The position numbers and the translations under genes were made by a program. Of a DNA stretch of 64,000 nucleotides, positions 39,690 through 52,822 are shown piece by piece. The notes under the pieces are model-generated. The model saw only the letters and a program-made list of their open reading frames with translations, did no database searches and was not told the origin of the DNA. The stretch is from Octopus vulgaris (taxonomy: Eukaryota), in assembly GCA_951406725.2 (NCBI GenBank), contig OX597820.1, forward strand, positions 109,120,001 to 109,184,000. The letters are read 5' to 3'. Numbering within the stretch: position 1 is the stretch's first letter; every line of letters starts with the position of its first letter.

Positions 39690-42600
39690 TGCTACTCATT
39701 TTTGTTATTTCATTCATTGAGGTTCAGCTTTTTGAGATCAATAATCTTCACCTCTTCATGTCTTCATAGGTCTTTCCCTTCCACATTTTCCATCCATTTT
39801 GAGCAAGCATTTCTTTATGCAACTCAAACTTCCTTCCCCTTGACATTATATGCCCATACTTGTGCAGTCTTCTGTCTTGCATCCTATATCTGATTCCTCT
39901 TGTATTCAGGTTTGCTCTCAGTTCATTTTTGCTCTGTTGTTTGTGCACAACATTACATATCAGTTGAACATGCTCACTTCATTTCTCTCCAGTCTTTACA
40001 TTTTTCTGTATTCAAGGCCATTCCTCACTACTGTATATTATCAAACTTCAGATGCAATCATCGTCCAATCTTTCCTTTACCCTGAGAGAGAGAGACACTT
40101 CATTACCAGAACAAGCAGTAACTTACTTGACTTTTTCCCATGTATTTATGCTGGCTACAATGTTTTTGTGACATCCACTTTGGTTATATAATTAATAAAA
40201 GCTGTCATCTACTTTTAGGGAGCCTTCTAAGCATTTGAAGGAGTTTATTACATTCATACTCTCACTGCTAGATGCTCCTAAGCATCTGCCACTCATGAAA
40301 TCTGTCTTCTCTATCAGCTTGCCTATGATCCTACCTCTGTTGTATGTCTAGATTGGGTATTCTGTATGAAATTTCTACCTATACCTTTTATACATATCGA
40401 GCAGGACTTCTTTCTTGTGGAGTAAAACATTATTCTCTGCTAAATGTACATTGAGGCTTCTTGATTCTATGTTATGCTACAAGGTCTGGAATTTCTTATA
40501 TAAATCTTCCACAGATTCAGCTATAAAACTTAGATCATCAGCATTAGTGTACAGGTGCCCCAACAGCCAACTGATTTTGAACTTCTCCGTTACAGCTTAG
40601 AGGATAATAATAATAGGAATGGGCTGAAAACTGAGCTTTGATGGACCCTTACCTGTATGCTAAATTTGTTGCTGAACTTATTGCTTACTGCCTTTCTGTA
40701 CATAGCATGTATGGTCCTCACAACCCAATCATCTACACCCAATTATTCTTTATAGAATGTAGAAGAAACTTGTCAAAGGCCTTCTCCAGATTGATGAATA
40801 CTAGATATCAAGGCTTACTCTTAGTTAAATACTACTTAGCTTCCTAGTTGTCTCACTATTGCACTAAGATGGTATCATTTGTGCTATAACTCTTTTATCA
40901 ACTTTCATAATCTGGTCCTGTAATAAAGTACCAATCTTGTGCAAGAATTGATTCTTCTCTCTCTCTCTGTGGAGAATATAGATGTGGCCATCTGTCTATC
41001 AGGTTTGTGTCAACAAAAATGCTCAAGACATGTCATATACCCCAACAGTACCCCTACAACTCTGTCAGGCACTGAGTCTTATGTCATAATTTGGTTGCCA
41101 CATAGTATCCTACAGTAGGGTATATTCCAGGGCTGGATATAAATGTAGAACTCCTCTTTACATAAGATTGATACAAGGATAATATACACAAGGATGAAGA
41201 ATGACAGGCTTTAATAGTAGATCACAACTTTTGTTTTTGCACTGCACACCAGCTTTAAGTTGCTGAGTTTATATTTAAACACCATTCGGGAAGTACATTC
41301 TTTCTAACTGTTATGCAGTTGAACACTTTTCAGCAGCAGAGGTGTGAGGTGTTCTGGATTGCAAAGCAGTATATCAGAGAGAATAGAGATGTGAGTGAGA
41401 AATCATCATCATCATCATTTATCATCTTCCTTCCATGCTGGTATGAGTTGAATGGTTTGACAGGAGCTGGCCTGGCAGAGTGTAATTTGGCATGGTTTTT
41501 ATGGCTGGATGCTCTTCCTAACACCAACCACTCCGAAGAGTGGGCTGAGTGCTTTTTACATGGCACTCGTACAAGTGAGGTTGATTTTAGCATGGTTTTT
41601 TACAGCTTGATGCCTTTCCAAATGCCAATTACTTTACAGTGTGGACTGGGTGCTTTTTACGTGGCACCTGCACTTGTAGGGTCACCAAGTGACTTTGCAA
41701 GACAGAGTCTTTGAGAGGGGAGGGGGCAATAAAGGAGATGATCTTGTGTCAGATGATGAAAGATTAGAGTGTGACAGAGCGACAGAAACATATGTTTTGC
41801 TGTAGAGGAGGTCCATGGTTACCCAGCCAGAGAGAGGGAGAGAGAAGAGAAAGAGTGAGAGTTAACAAGAATGAAGGCAGAAGCAGTTACTTGGAGAGAG
41901 AGTGGGGGTTAACAAGCAGTATGCTGCTATAAAGGATGTAATGGTTACCTAGCCAGAGGTAAGGGCAAGGGAAGGAGGGAGAGAGAATGATCAAGAATGA
42001 GGGCAGAAACTGGTTTGTTGCTGTATAGGAGATACATGATTACTCGGCCAGAGAGGAGAGCAAGGGAAAGAGAGAGAGAGAGAGAGTAGGAAAGAGCAAG
42101 AGAGGGATGGCAGCAAGTGCCAGGGTATACTTGCAAGGAACAGGGATTAGGGCATAGATAGGATGGTAGAGTAAGGAAGAGGGAGAGGGAATGGATAATG
42201 GTATACTTGCACTTAGTGATTCAGAGAAGAAAGATGCATAGAAGTGCCACTATGAAAGGTGCTAAATGTGGAAAGTGCATGGAAGAAGAGTTTTCAAATA
42301 TTGAACCAACAGAATTGACAGCAGTATAGTAGATAAGGCAATTAAGAATATGAAGACAGGGAAAGCTCCTGGATCATCAGGAATCACTGCTGAGATGCTT
42401 AAAATATCTAGTGGAGTAGGATATAACCTAGTGACTGAATGATTTGTATAGTTAATCAGGTTGTTCATGACCTGGACCACGTCAAGAAAGTTAGAGTTAT
42501 AGCTCAATTGTTTAGGGATAGAATTAAACCAGATGAGGTGCATTTTGGTTTTGTACCTGGGAAGAATACCACAGACACCATCTTCCTAGTGGACAGCTGC

Positions 42601-43670
42601 AAGAGAAGTATTTGGCCTAAAGTAAACCATTGTACTTAGTTTTTGTTGATCTTTTTGATCTTGTTCTAAGGAAGTTAGAGGGCTCAGTTCTCAGTCCACT
42701 TTTATTCATCATAGTCCTCCAGGCCATGACAGAGGAATTCAAAACAAGCTGCCTGTTGGAACTACTATATGCTGAGAGAGAGAAAGAAAAAGAGAGAGAG
42801 AGAGAGAGAGAGAGAAAGTGCAAGAGAGTGAGAGTGTGATAGTGCAAGAGAAAGTTGGAGAGAGGTGGCGGCAAAATACACCCTCAAGGTACAGGGATCA
42901 GAATAAAAATGGGATGATAGAGTATTGCCAAGGGTGCATGAGTAGGGAGTGGGGACTTCACATGAGTGCAAAGAGTGTAGGGGTGAGGAATGCAGTGACT
43001 GGTAAAACCTGGGTATATAGAGGAGGTGGAGGACAACAGGATAGCAACGAAAATCTAATGCCTGTGTGTCCTTGTACTTATTTTTTGTGCACATCTGCCA
43101 CAGGCACAGAAAACAAACATTCTCTTTTAATCTATCTATGATTCCACTGCACCTCTTATGTGCCCATAGCTTGCACTGGGTGCAATGAATGGAATTCCTT
43201 CCAACATAATGAGAAAGGCTTTTTATCTGACAGAAAGAGAGTCTTAGCTGCTTTCTTGCTAACAACAACTTTAGTCTTTGCTAGATAAACTTTAAGGCCT
43301 TTTGATTCCAGGTTTTACTTCCATATGTGGAATTTCTCTGATTCCACTATAGATTCTGCTATAAGAGCAAGGTCATCAGCACATAGTAGTTTCCTCTGTT
43401 GTGGCCTGGAGGACTATGATGAGTAGGAGTCTGAGAACTGATCCCTGGTGCACTCCAACTTGTACACTAAATTCATTAATGTACTCATGGTCGACTCACA
43501 CTACTGATAGCACTGCTATACATGGATTGTATATTTTTAACAATCCACTTGTCTACTAACTTCCTTAGAAACCACCAGGTAACAGAGTGAGGGACTCTTT
43601 CAAAAGCTTTCTCCAGATTGATGAAAGCCAAGTACAATGGTTTACTTTCAGCTAGTTACTTCTGCAAAGC
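39690..43670. mobile_element. Nested, highly degenerate RTE fragments in both orientations
   Basis: Recognisable RTE RT and PHD pieces at 39690-40880 (-), 41320-41700, 42290-42775 (+) and 43060-43670 (-). Confidence 0.7.
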
Positions 43671-44676
43671 ATGCCATGTTCATGAGTAATTTTAACATTG
43701 TTAAGTAACTGTTTAGTGCATATCAAATGATTTTCCTGTGTCTTTGCAGACATGAATTGGCCTCCTCTCAGGACATATGACTTTTATTGAATGTCCTCAT
43801 GCACCAGAGTTCTGATAGTCCAGTCTGATACCTGAAGTTCTTTGGTAGTTGCCCTCATTGATTCTCTAGAATCATCACTGATAATGTTTTGAATCTACTG
43901 GATGAATGTAGTGTCCTTGTAGTGTCTGATTTTATACAGTTAAGACATTCTCCCGAGAGGCTTTCAATTCCATCTGAAAGGTTTTGTAACATTTAGAAAG
44001 CTGATAATTTCTATGTTTTGCGTGTCTTTTCATTTTTTGTGTTAGCATTTTCTTTGCCATAGGGGATCTGAAATAAATAAAAGGTTTTTAATTGATTTAA
44101 ACTGAGTAATTACAATGGGATGCACTAGAACTATTTTGGTTGTGAAAGGGTCTTTTTAAGCACATAGCAATCCCTGAACCCATAAATATCTTTGTTACTT
44201 TTATATCATGAATACAGCCTCAACCAAGTATTTTTAAAATCTTTTATGGAGGAGTGAAAGCAATACCAATGACCTATTATGGCACCTCTGAAACTGGAGA
44301 CCTAGCCCAAATACCTACAAGAAAGCAGACTCTGTTAAAGTTACCAGGTGGTGGTATTAAACTGGGTGACAGTTAAGTCTACCACCCAAGTAGGCCATGG
44401 CTACCACCCAAATAGAGCATTGAATTCAGAACAAATACCACAAGTACACCTTGCAATATTTGTAAAATCACTGTACCAGATGCAAAACATCTTGTTCAAT
44501 GTTTTTACAAATTCCATCAGTCCATCCTCTTGGACTCCAATAGGATGAAAGGCAAAGTTGACCTCAGCAGGATGTAAAAAGCCAAAACAAATACTGCAAA
44601 GCATTCTGTCCAACATTCTAATGACTCTACTAATTCATTGTTTGTTATATTTATATTGGAAAGAAATTTTTATATG

Positions 44677-45022
44677 CAGGCATGACTGTAGAATTAAGAA
44701 GTTTGCTTCCCAAGCAAATACCCCTACTGCAGGGTCTCAGGCTGATTATAGAAACTGAAAAAAGACATATGCTTGTATGTGCATATGTTTGTGTCATCTT
44801 GTCTTGTCCTGGCATTACATTGTTGTTGTAAATGAGTGTTAGTGTTATGCAAGTAGTGTCATTCATTTTCAAAAACATACCTGGTCATGGGAAAATATTA
44901 CCTTGATTTGTAGCAAGTGAGGGTTGGTAACAAGAAAAGCATCCAGCTGTAGAAAATCTGCATCAATAAATTCCATCTGACTCATGCAAGAATGGAAAAG
45001 TGGATGTTAAAATGATGATGAT
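44677..45022 (+). mobile_element. SINE with RTE-derived (GAT)n tail
   Basis: tRNA-like head remnant; ends agcatccagctgtagaaa..catgcaagaatggaaaagtggatgttaaaatgatgatg like RTE termini. Confidence 0.6.
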
Positions 45023-45122
45023 GGTTTTTTTTTTAGCATCTGTAAAGTGTATGAATTATTCAATAATTTCAGTTATAATATATGGGGTTTATGTGAACCA
45101 TTCTCTTTTTCTTTTTTGTCAG

Positions 45123-45195
45123 GTTAGCAGTAGAAATGAATGTGAAGGCAGTGAGGAAAATGATAATTCTGTGTCGGAATTTTAAGAAACTTGAG
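45123..45195 (+). CDS. FAR: Fatty acyl-CoA reductase, third coding exon (73 nt)
   Basis: ttttgtcAG acceptor; completes the R codon, then LAVEMNVKAVRKMIILCRNFKKLE; GTGAGA donor; phase matches exon 2. Confidence 0.9.
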
Positions 45196-47166
45196 GTGAG
45201 ATAACTGTTTATTTTTTTTGAAGATCTCTTTCCCTTTTTTTTTCAGGCCTCCATATGTCTTTAATGACCAAGGATGAAGGTCCTAGTTGTCCACACTACT
45301 GGAATAGCATTGTCAGTCGCTGGACTGTCCAATGTGTGACTGTAGTCTCTGCTACACGAGCTGCACTTGTGGGCTATCATGGTGCTGTTTGAGTTGTTGT
45401 GTTCTTTTCCTATAGATTTGCCTTTTGTCTTCTGTTGCATGCATCAGTCTTCCTTCTCTTGATTTCAACCACTTGGACAGAGTATACCTGGGAAAAGTAA
45501 TAGCTAAGAGCTGGTTCCTCACTCCTCAAAGCCATGGAACACATCAACTACTTTACAGAGTGTACTGGGTGCATTTTCTATGGCATCAGCACTACAGAGG
45601 TTGCATTGCTGTCAGCCAGACAAAAGAAACTCACAGGCCCTGCTTTGTCAATGCTTGTATTGATTACCAACCACCTACAGATTGTACTGGGTGTATTTTG
45701 TGACACCAGTACTGGTGGGATCAGCTTGCTGTGCAAAATGAGCTACCATGGTGGATGGAACAGATTTATTGTAAGAGGATTGTAATGGAGAGAATAACGA
45801 AGGAAACAGTATTAGATAGGAGTAATGGAGGGGACTGGGGAAGAAAAGTAATATCTGGGATTAGTATGAAAGAGAAGGCAGACAATGTGGTAATCTTAAT
45901 GGGCAGGTTGAAGGGCAAAATCCAGTGTCTGGCATGCTAGCATGAGATGGACAGTTTCTCAGGGTCCAAGACATTCTTCTTGAGTGTTACACAGGTATTT
46001 ATTATTAAGAGAGTGGTAGAGGAGGGACTAATAGAAAAATTTTTGAAAAAGTGTGTGTGTTGGGATTTGGGTAAGGGACAGAAAGTGAAAAGTAGTGCCA
46101 GAGGGGTTATTGGGAGAGAGGTAGAATGATAGGGCAGTAGGGGTATTTGAGTAGGAAGAGATGCAGTGCTCCTCCATGTTAAACAAGAAGTAGGTAGAGT
46201 GCTGCATGGAAGGGAGATAAAGTGATGATAAGCTGGGGCATATCCTGAAGTTAACATGTCCAAGAGAGCAGGTGGAAGAATTATGGAGGGTTGGTAACAG
46301 CTGCAAGATTACAATCACTTCTCACTTAAGTATCATGAATCAGGAAGAAAGAATAAGGTGCTTCAGGATATAGGTGGGGAGGTATAGGGAAGGGAGATAA
46401 TCAGTATGTGCAAATAATGTCCTTTCCTCTCAGTTATGGGTGTCATAGCATGGCACAATGAGTAGAAGAGATGAGAAGGTACAAACTAGGCACAGTGAGA
46501 AGAGATAAAAAGGTACAGAAGAGGCACAGTGGTTTTGAGAGTAAATGGTGGAAGGATGCGAGGGTATAGAATAGGTAATAGACAGGTGTGGAGATACATG
46601 CAGAAAAAACAAACATACATTAGGCAAGGAGGGTTGTGTAAGAGGTCAGATCTGCAGCACCACGTACAACCAGTTAACATGGTCTTCAGTCTACTTCATT
46701 CAATCTAACATCTTGCGGTCATTTTTCACCATATTATCCCAATCTTCCTTGGTCTCCCTTTTCCACAGGGAGACCAAAAGAGACTTCCACATCTTTGATT
46801 CCTCAGTACTTGCTTATGCAGCTATCATCTCCTGTTTTCATCACATGTCTATACTAGCACAATCTCCTCTCCAGCACACTACATCTTACTCCTCTTATGT
46901 CCAATATGTCTCTCAGTTCAGTTATTCACACTAATATGGCACACCCAGGGAGGCATGCTCCTTTCATTTCTTTCTCGTTTTTGCATGTCTCCTGCACTGA
47001 AGGCTCACGTCTCACCTGCTCACGTACAGCAACACACTTTGCACACAAGCATTATAAGGTCTGTCCTTGATCTTGAGGGATAATTCCTTTGTTGTTTGCA
47101 AAGGTAATAGTTCTCTGAGATACTTGTGTGTGTACATATATGTATGCATGCATGAGTAAATCTGTG

Positions 47167-47202
<36 letters not shown>

Positions 47203-47244
47203 TATATATATATTATGTGTATATGTAGGTGTGTGTGAATGGAG

Positions 47245-49835
47245 GTGTGTTGATATATGTTGCAACCAAGAAGTAAGGTGGAGAGGAGCTTCACCCAGGT
47301 TCCTCACAGGCAAGACACGTAAGTATAAAATCTGGGAAGGTAACAGTAACAGGGTAGGTGTTATGGGCATACTTCTTGCAGAGAAATTAGTGGATAAGTT
47401 CATAGAAGTAGTCAGAGTGAATGATAGAATGCTTAAGCTCAGGCTAGTCTTGCAGATTATGCCCCACAAGCAGGCTTACCAAATGAACAGAAAGACCATT
47501 TTTATGATATTCTTCTGCAGGCTACCTCTAAGGCGAATGACAGGGATCTCACTTTGTGGGTGGGGACTTGAATGGGCATGTTGGACTGCAGCCCAGTATT
47601 TTCCATGGTGTAGATGGGCCATAGAATTGGTTTCCAAAATGAAGAGGGAACAAAGCTAATGGAGTTCTCTGATGCACATAACCTATTGATCTGCAACACC
47701 AATTTCAGGAAGCCAACCAGCCATTTAATAACCTACAAATCAGGTGGTTACGCTAGCCAGATCGATTACATTCTCACCAGGCAGCGGGATGCATGGTTGC
47801 TCTTAAATACAAAGACCCTCCCCAATGAAGAATGTATCCCTCAGCTTTGATTAGTCATTAATGATTTTAGACTCCAGGTCAGAAGGATGCCAAGAAGCAG
47901 ACCAATTTGGAAAAGAAGGATTTGGAAGCTTAAGGATCTTTGATATGGTTAGAGATTTAGGGACATCCTAAATGAGAAATTTGATGTGAGGGAGGAGGAG
48001 CTACAAACCTGTGATATAGAGAGCAACTGGGAATTCCTGCAGGACAGCTTGCTGAGTGCCAAAGACCAAGTCTATGGGTCTCATCTACACCATGGAAAAT
48101 ACTGGGCTGCTGTCCAACATGCCCATTCAAATCCCCAGCCACAAAGATGAGATCCTTGTTATTCGTCTTAGAGGTAGCTTGCAGAAGAATATAATAAAAA
48201 CGGTCTTTCTGTTCATTTGGTAGGCCTGCTTGTGGGATAACATGGTGTTAGAACGTTGTGGTAGACAGGGCCATTAGAGTAAAGAAATGGGTGTCAAAGG
48301 ACTGGAAGAGTTGGAGTTGCAGGGAACTGTATCAGATAACCAGAAGGGAAGCTAGGAGACAGATATATCTAACCAAGAAAGAAGCAGAAAAGAAGTTTGC
48401 CAATTTTCAGCAATGTGAGGACCAAAGAACTGAAGTGTTTTGGTTGCAAGACAGTGTGTGAGATAAAATCGCAATGTCATAGGAGTGAAATGTGTCCACA
48501 TGGATGATGGTGCACTTGCATCTAATGATTCTACAAAGAAAGAGGCTTGGAAATGCCATTATGAAAGACTACTGAATGTGGAGAATGAATGGAGAGAAGG
48601 AAGAGTTAGCCAAATGGCGACCCAGTTCAGGGACCAGCTACCTGAATCGACAGTACCTTTGTAGATAAAGCAATTAAGGATGTGAAGACAGGGGAAGCCC
48701 CCAGCCCATCAGGAATCACTGCTGAGATGCTTAAATATTTGGTGGTGTGGGTTATGGCTTAGTTACCTGTCAATCAGGTGGTTCATGAAGGAGTCTTACC
48801 CACTGATTGGTGTAGCAGCACCGTAGTCAATGGCTACAAAGGTAAAGCTGATGCCTTAGAAATAATTACAGAGGTATCAAATTGTTGGATCAGGTGATGA
48901 AAGTTACAGAGAGAGTCATAGCCCAACTAATTAGGGAAAGAGTTAACCTAGATGAGATGCAGTTTGGTTTTGTGCCAGGGAGAAGCACCACTGATGCTAT
49001 ATTTCTGGTAAGACAGCTACAGGAGAAATATGTAGCCAAAGATGAACCTCTGTACCTGGCCTTTGTTGACTTGGAGAAAGCCTTTGAAGGGTTGCTTGAT
49101 CCCTTATCTGGTGGTCAATGCAGAAACTAGGGATAGGCAAGTAGTTAGCGAGAGCTGTACAAGCTGTGTACAGGGATGCTACCAGTAAGGTGAGGGTTGG
49201 CAATGAGTACAGCGAAAAATTTAGGCTGTATGTAGGGGGTCCACCAAGGATCAATGGTTGGCCCCTTCTTATTTATCATAGTCTTCCAGGCAATAACAGA
49301 GGAATTCAAGACAGGCTGCCCCTGGGAGCTCCTCTATGTTGATGACGTTGCTCTTATAGCTGCTACAATAAACGCTGAAAATGTGTAGAAAATAGACTCC
49401 ATTAACTGGCAGGGGAAAAAGCTAGAGGTAGTAGATAGCTTCTGTTATCTAGGTGTCCACATTAGTAGTGGAGATGGATGCTCTAAGAGCATAGCAGTGA
49501 GAATAAGATTAGGCTGGGCATAGTTCATAGAGCTCCTACTTCTGCTGGCAACAAAGAGCCTCTCTCTCAGAGTGAAAGGCAGATTGTATGATGCCTGTGT
49601 GTGAACAGCCATGCTACATGGCAGTGAAACATGGGCTGTGTGTGACAGCTGACGATATGCGTTGGCTTGAAAGAAATGAAGCCAGTATGCTTCACTGGAT
49701 GTGCAATGTCAGTGTACATGTTTGACAGAGAGTAAGCGTGTAAGCATCTTGAGAGAAAAGTTAGGCATAAGCGGCATCAGATGTGGTGTACAAGAGAGAT
49801 GACTGCACTGGTATGGTCATGTGTTGCATATGGAC
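47245..49835 (+). mobile_element. Degenerate RTE LINE including the APE N-terminus
   Basis: VDICCNQEVRWRGAS..., SQIDYIL, FVDLEKAF; multiple stops and frameshifts; PHD segment deleted. Confidence 0.88.
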
Positions 49836-50759
49836 ATTATTATAAGGGTGGGAATAGATGTAAAGAGGACAATGATATTGGTAATAAGATGTCAGAATAG
49901 ACTCATGAGGTACAAGAAGATGAGTATAAAAGAGAAATTACACAAACAATCAGGAATAGTGGGTGGATGTGTTCATTAGAATGTGGATGGTTAGAGATGG
50001 GTGTAAAAGTGAATATAGTGAATAGAATTAGGGTGGGGGTGTGGTTGATGGTAAATATCAGCATGGTAGTAGGAGAGTGAAGTAAAAGAATAAGTGGCTC
50101 AGGAAGGAAGAGGTAATGTATAAGAGTGCAGACAGGGAGGAGAGTAGCACTATAAGAAACCTTTTGGCAGATCAGACAATATGGAGATTTAATTACAAAG
50201 AAATAATGAAAAAGGCAAAAGATGGGGGATTAAGTAGCAGAAAATGGTGGTGGGAGTGAGTTCACCTCAGAACAAATGGAGCTAATGTGTGGGATGAGAG
50301 AGAGAGAGAGAGATGTGTAAAATGAGATGAATGACAAAGATACACAGGGATGGCTGTAGTGAGTGGGAGACACAAAGTTGGAGGAAGACTGTCAAAACCA
50401 GATATGTCACAGTGATGAGAATGATAGCAGAAAAGAGAGGGAGTGAAATATGGCAGTCCTAAGATATATCTCAAGGAGAAAGAATAATAACTGGAGGCAC
50501 AGAAAAGGGGGGTGGGTGGAAAATAAGTAGAAAGGGATGATATTGAGAGTGAGGGATGGGTTGTAAAAGGAAGTGGTTCCAGGGATTAGGGAGGTAACTG
50601 GTAGCACAATGGGGCAAATGATCTGCATACTCTGCTCTCATGATTGTAGTAGCTGAATATTGTCATAGAAGAGTGGAGGGATGAGAGGTAGGGGAAGGCT
50701 TGGAAGGGACAGATTGGGTGCAATGTATAGACACAAGCACAATGTTTTAGGATCTCCCT

Positions 50760-52530
50760 TTCAAGACAGACAAGTTTTCTTGAGCATAGTCAATTGTCAC
50801 TCATCTTGATCCTTTGTCATCTTTGTTAGGCAAAACATCTTGAAATCAGCTTTCACTACTTCATCCCTGGTCTCCTTTTCCATACATGCCATCCATATTC
50901 AGTGATCAGTACTTCTTTATACATCTGTTCTCATTCATATACACCATATACAGAGTCTTTTGTCTTCACACATTTGATGCCTCATGCCCAATTTTTCTTT
51001 CAACATATTTTCACTTTGTCATACATGCACACTGATATTGCACATCCACTTGAGCATACTTGTTTTATTCCTTTCTAGTCTTTGCATGTTCTTGGCATTC
51101 AGGGAAAATGATTCACTACCATGCAGCACTATTGTTCATACATAAGCTTCATACCATCTACCTTTCATTTCGAGAGAAAGACTTTTTGTTACTAACAGTG
51201 ATAACAGCTTTCTGAACTTTCTTCATCCTGTTTTTATTCTAGCAACTATACTTCCAGAACATCTTTCTCCACTGCTAAATCAGTCATCTATGTAATAGAA
51301 ACAATTTATTGCCTCTATGGAACCTACTGGACAGTCAAGACAATCTGTTTCTTGTGTGTTTTTGTGGTTATTCTGTGCATCTGACACATACAAAGTCTAC
51401 TTCTGTATTAACCTTCCTGACATATCACTGCACCTCTTGTTCATCTTTAGCTTACACTGGGTACATTGTATGGAATCTCCACCAACACCTTTCCTACATA
51501 TCAAATGTGCTATTTCCTGATAATAGTAGAGTCCTGTCTATTTTCTTGCTAACTAAAACTTTTGTTTTTGCTAAGCTTTAAGGCGTTTTGATTCTAGGTT
51601 TTGGTATAAGAATGAGGTCATTAGCGTATCATAGTTATCAAGAGCAACCAGTTTTAAATCCCTGTGTTATAGCCTGGAGGACTATGATTACTAGGAAGGG
51701 ACTGAGAACCAAATCCTTGTGAACCCTACCCGCACACTAAATTCATTGCTGTATTTGTTGTCAACTTCTCACTTCACTGACCTTTGTACATTGCTTGAAT
51801 GGTTCTCACATGCCATTCATCTGTCTTAGCTGCCTCAGGGATCTCCAGATCACAGAGCAAAGGACCTAGTGAAATGCTTTCTCTATGTTGACAAATGCCA
51901 AGTACAATGGCTTTTAGCTAAATACTTCTGCAGCTATCTTACAAGGAAGAGAACTTCAGTTGTACTTCTCCCTGACGCAAACTAAACACTTTATCTAACC
52001 CAGTTCTCTTCCTAAGCTATAATTCTTTCCATAACTTTCATGACCTGGTTCAGCAATTTGAAACTTTTGTAATTACTTCTGTCTAAAGGATCTTTATCTT
52101 TGTAACAATTGATCTGTCTGGAGTAATACCTTTCTGTACATCCCATTTAAATATATGAGTAAGTAGGCTGTTTTCCACTCCATCAGGTGTATTTTAAGAT
52201 TCTTGGTTGTAATTCTTGATTGATCAAATTTCCCTGCCTTCATATCTTTAATTGCTTTGTCTATGAAATTGCTGTCAACTAGAATAGGTAATTCTTCCAT
52301 TTGGACCAAATTGGGAATAACTTCTAACTCCCTTGCATTCTCCACATTTAACAGCTTATTTCTTTTCTGAATCACCAAGTGCAAGTGTACCATTATACAA
52401 CTGCACACGCTTCTCACTCATAACATCTCAATTCTCTTTAATACACTGCCTTGCTATCTGAAACACCTCGTATCTCTGATCCTCATGCTGTAGAACATTG
52501 GCAAACTTCTTCCTTTCTACTTTTTCCCCT
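50760..52530 (-). mobile_element. Old RTE LINE fragment
   Basis: Reverse-complement homology to the RTE ORF (RT, PHD and C-terminus), heavily mutated. Confidence 0.78.
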
Positions 52531-52822
52531 TGCTAGATAGAATTTTCTATATACATTTGTCAGAGAGAAAGCATATAATCTTCCCAGGTTTATTTTAGTC
52601 TTTGTACTTCATAACAGATATACTTAGAGACCTACATAGATACATATATGTATGCATGTCTATACATGTTTGTATGCATACATATATATATATATATGTA
52701 TGTATCTCTAAACATATGTATATATATATATATCTATAATAATAAAAGCAAAATTCTGTCTGTCTGTCTGGGATCCCTGTATTTCAGCCTACATTTACTC
52801 TACATAGACATATACCATTTCG

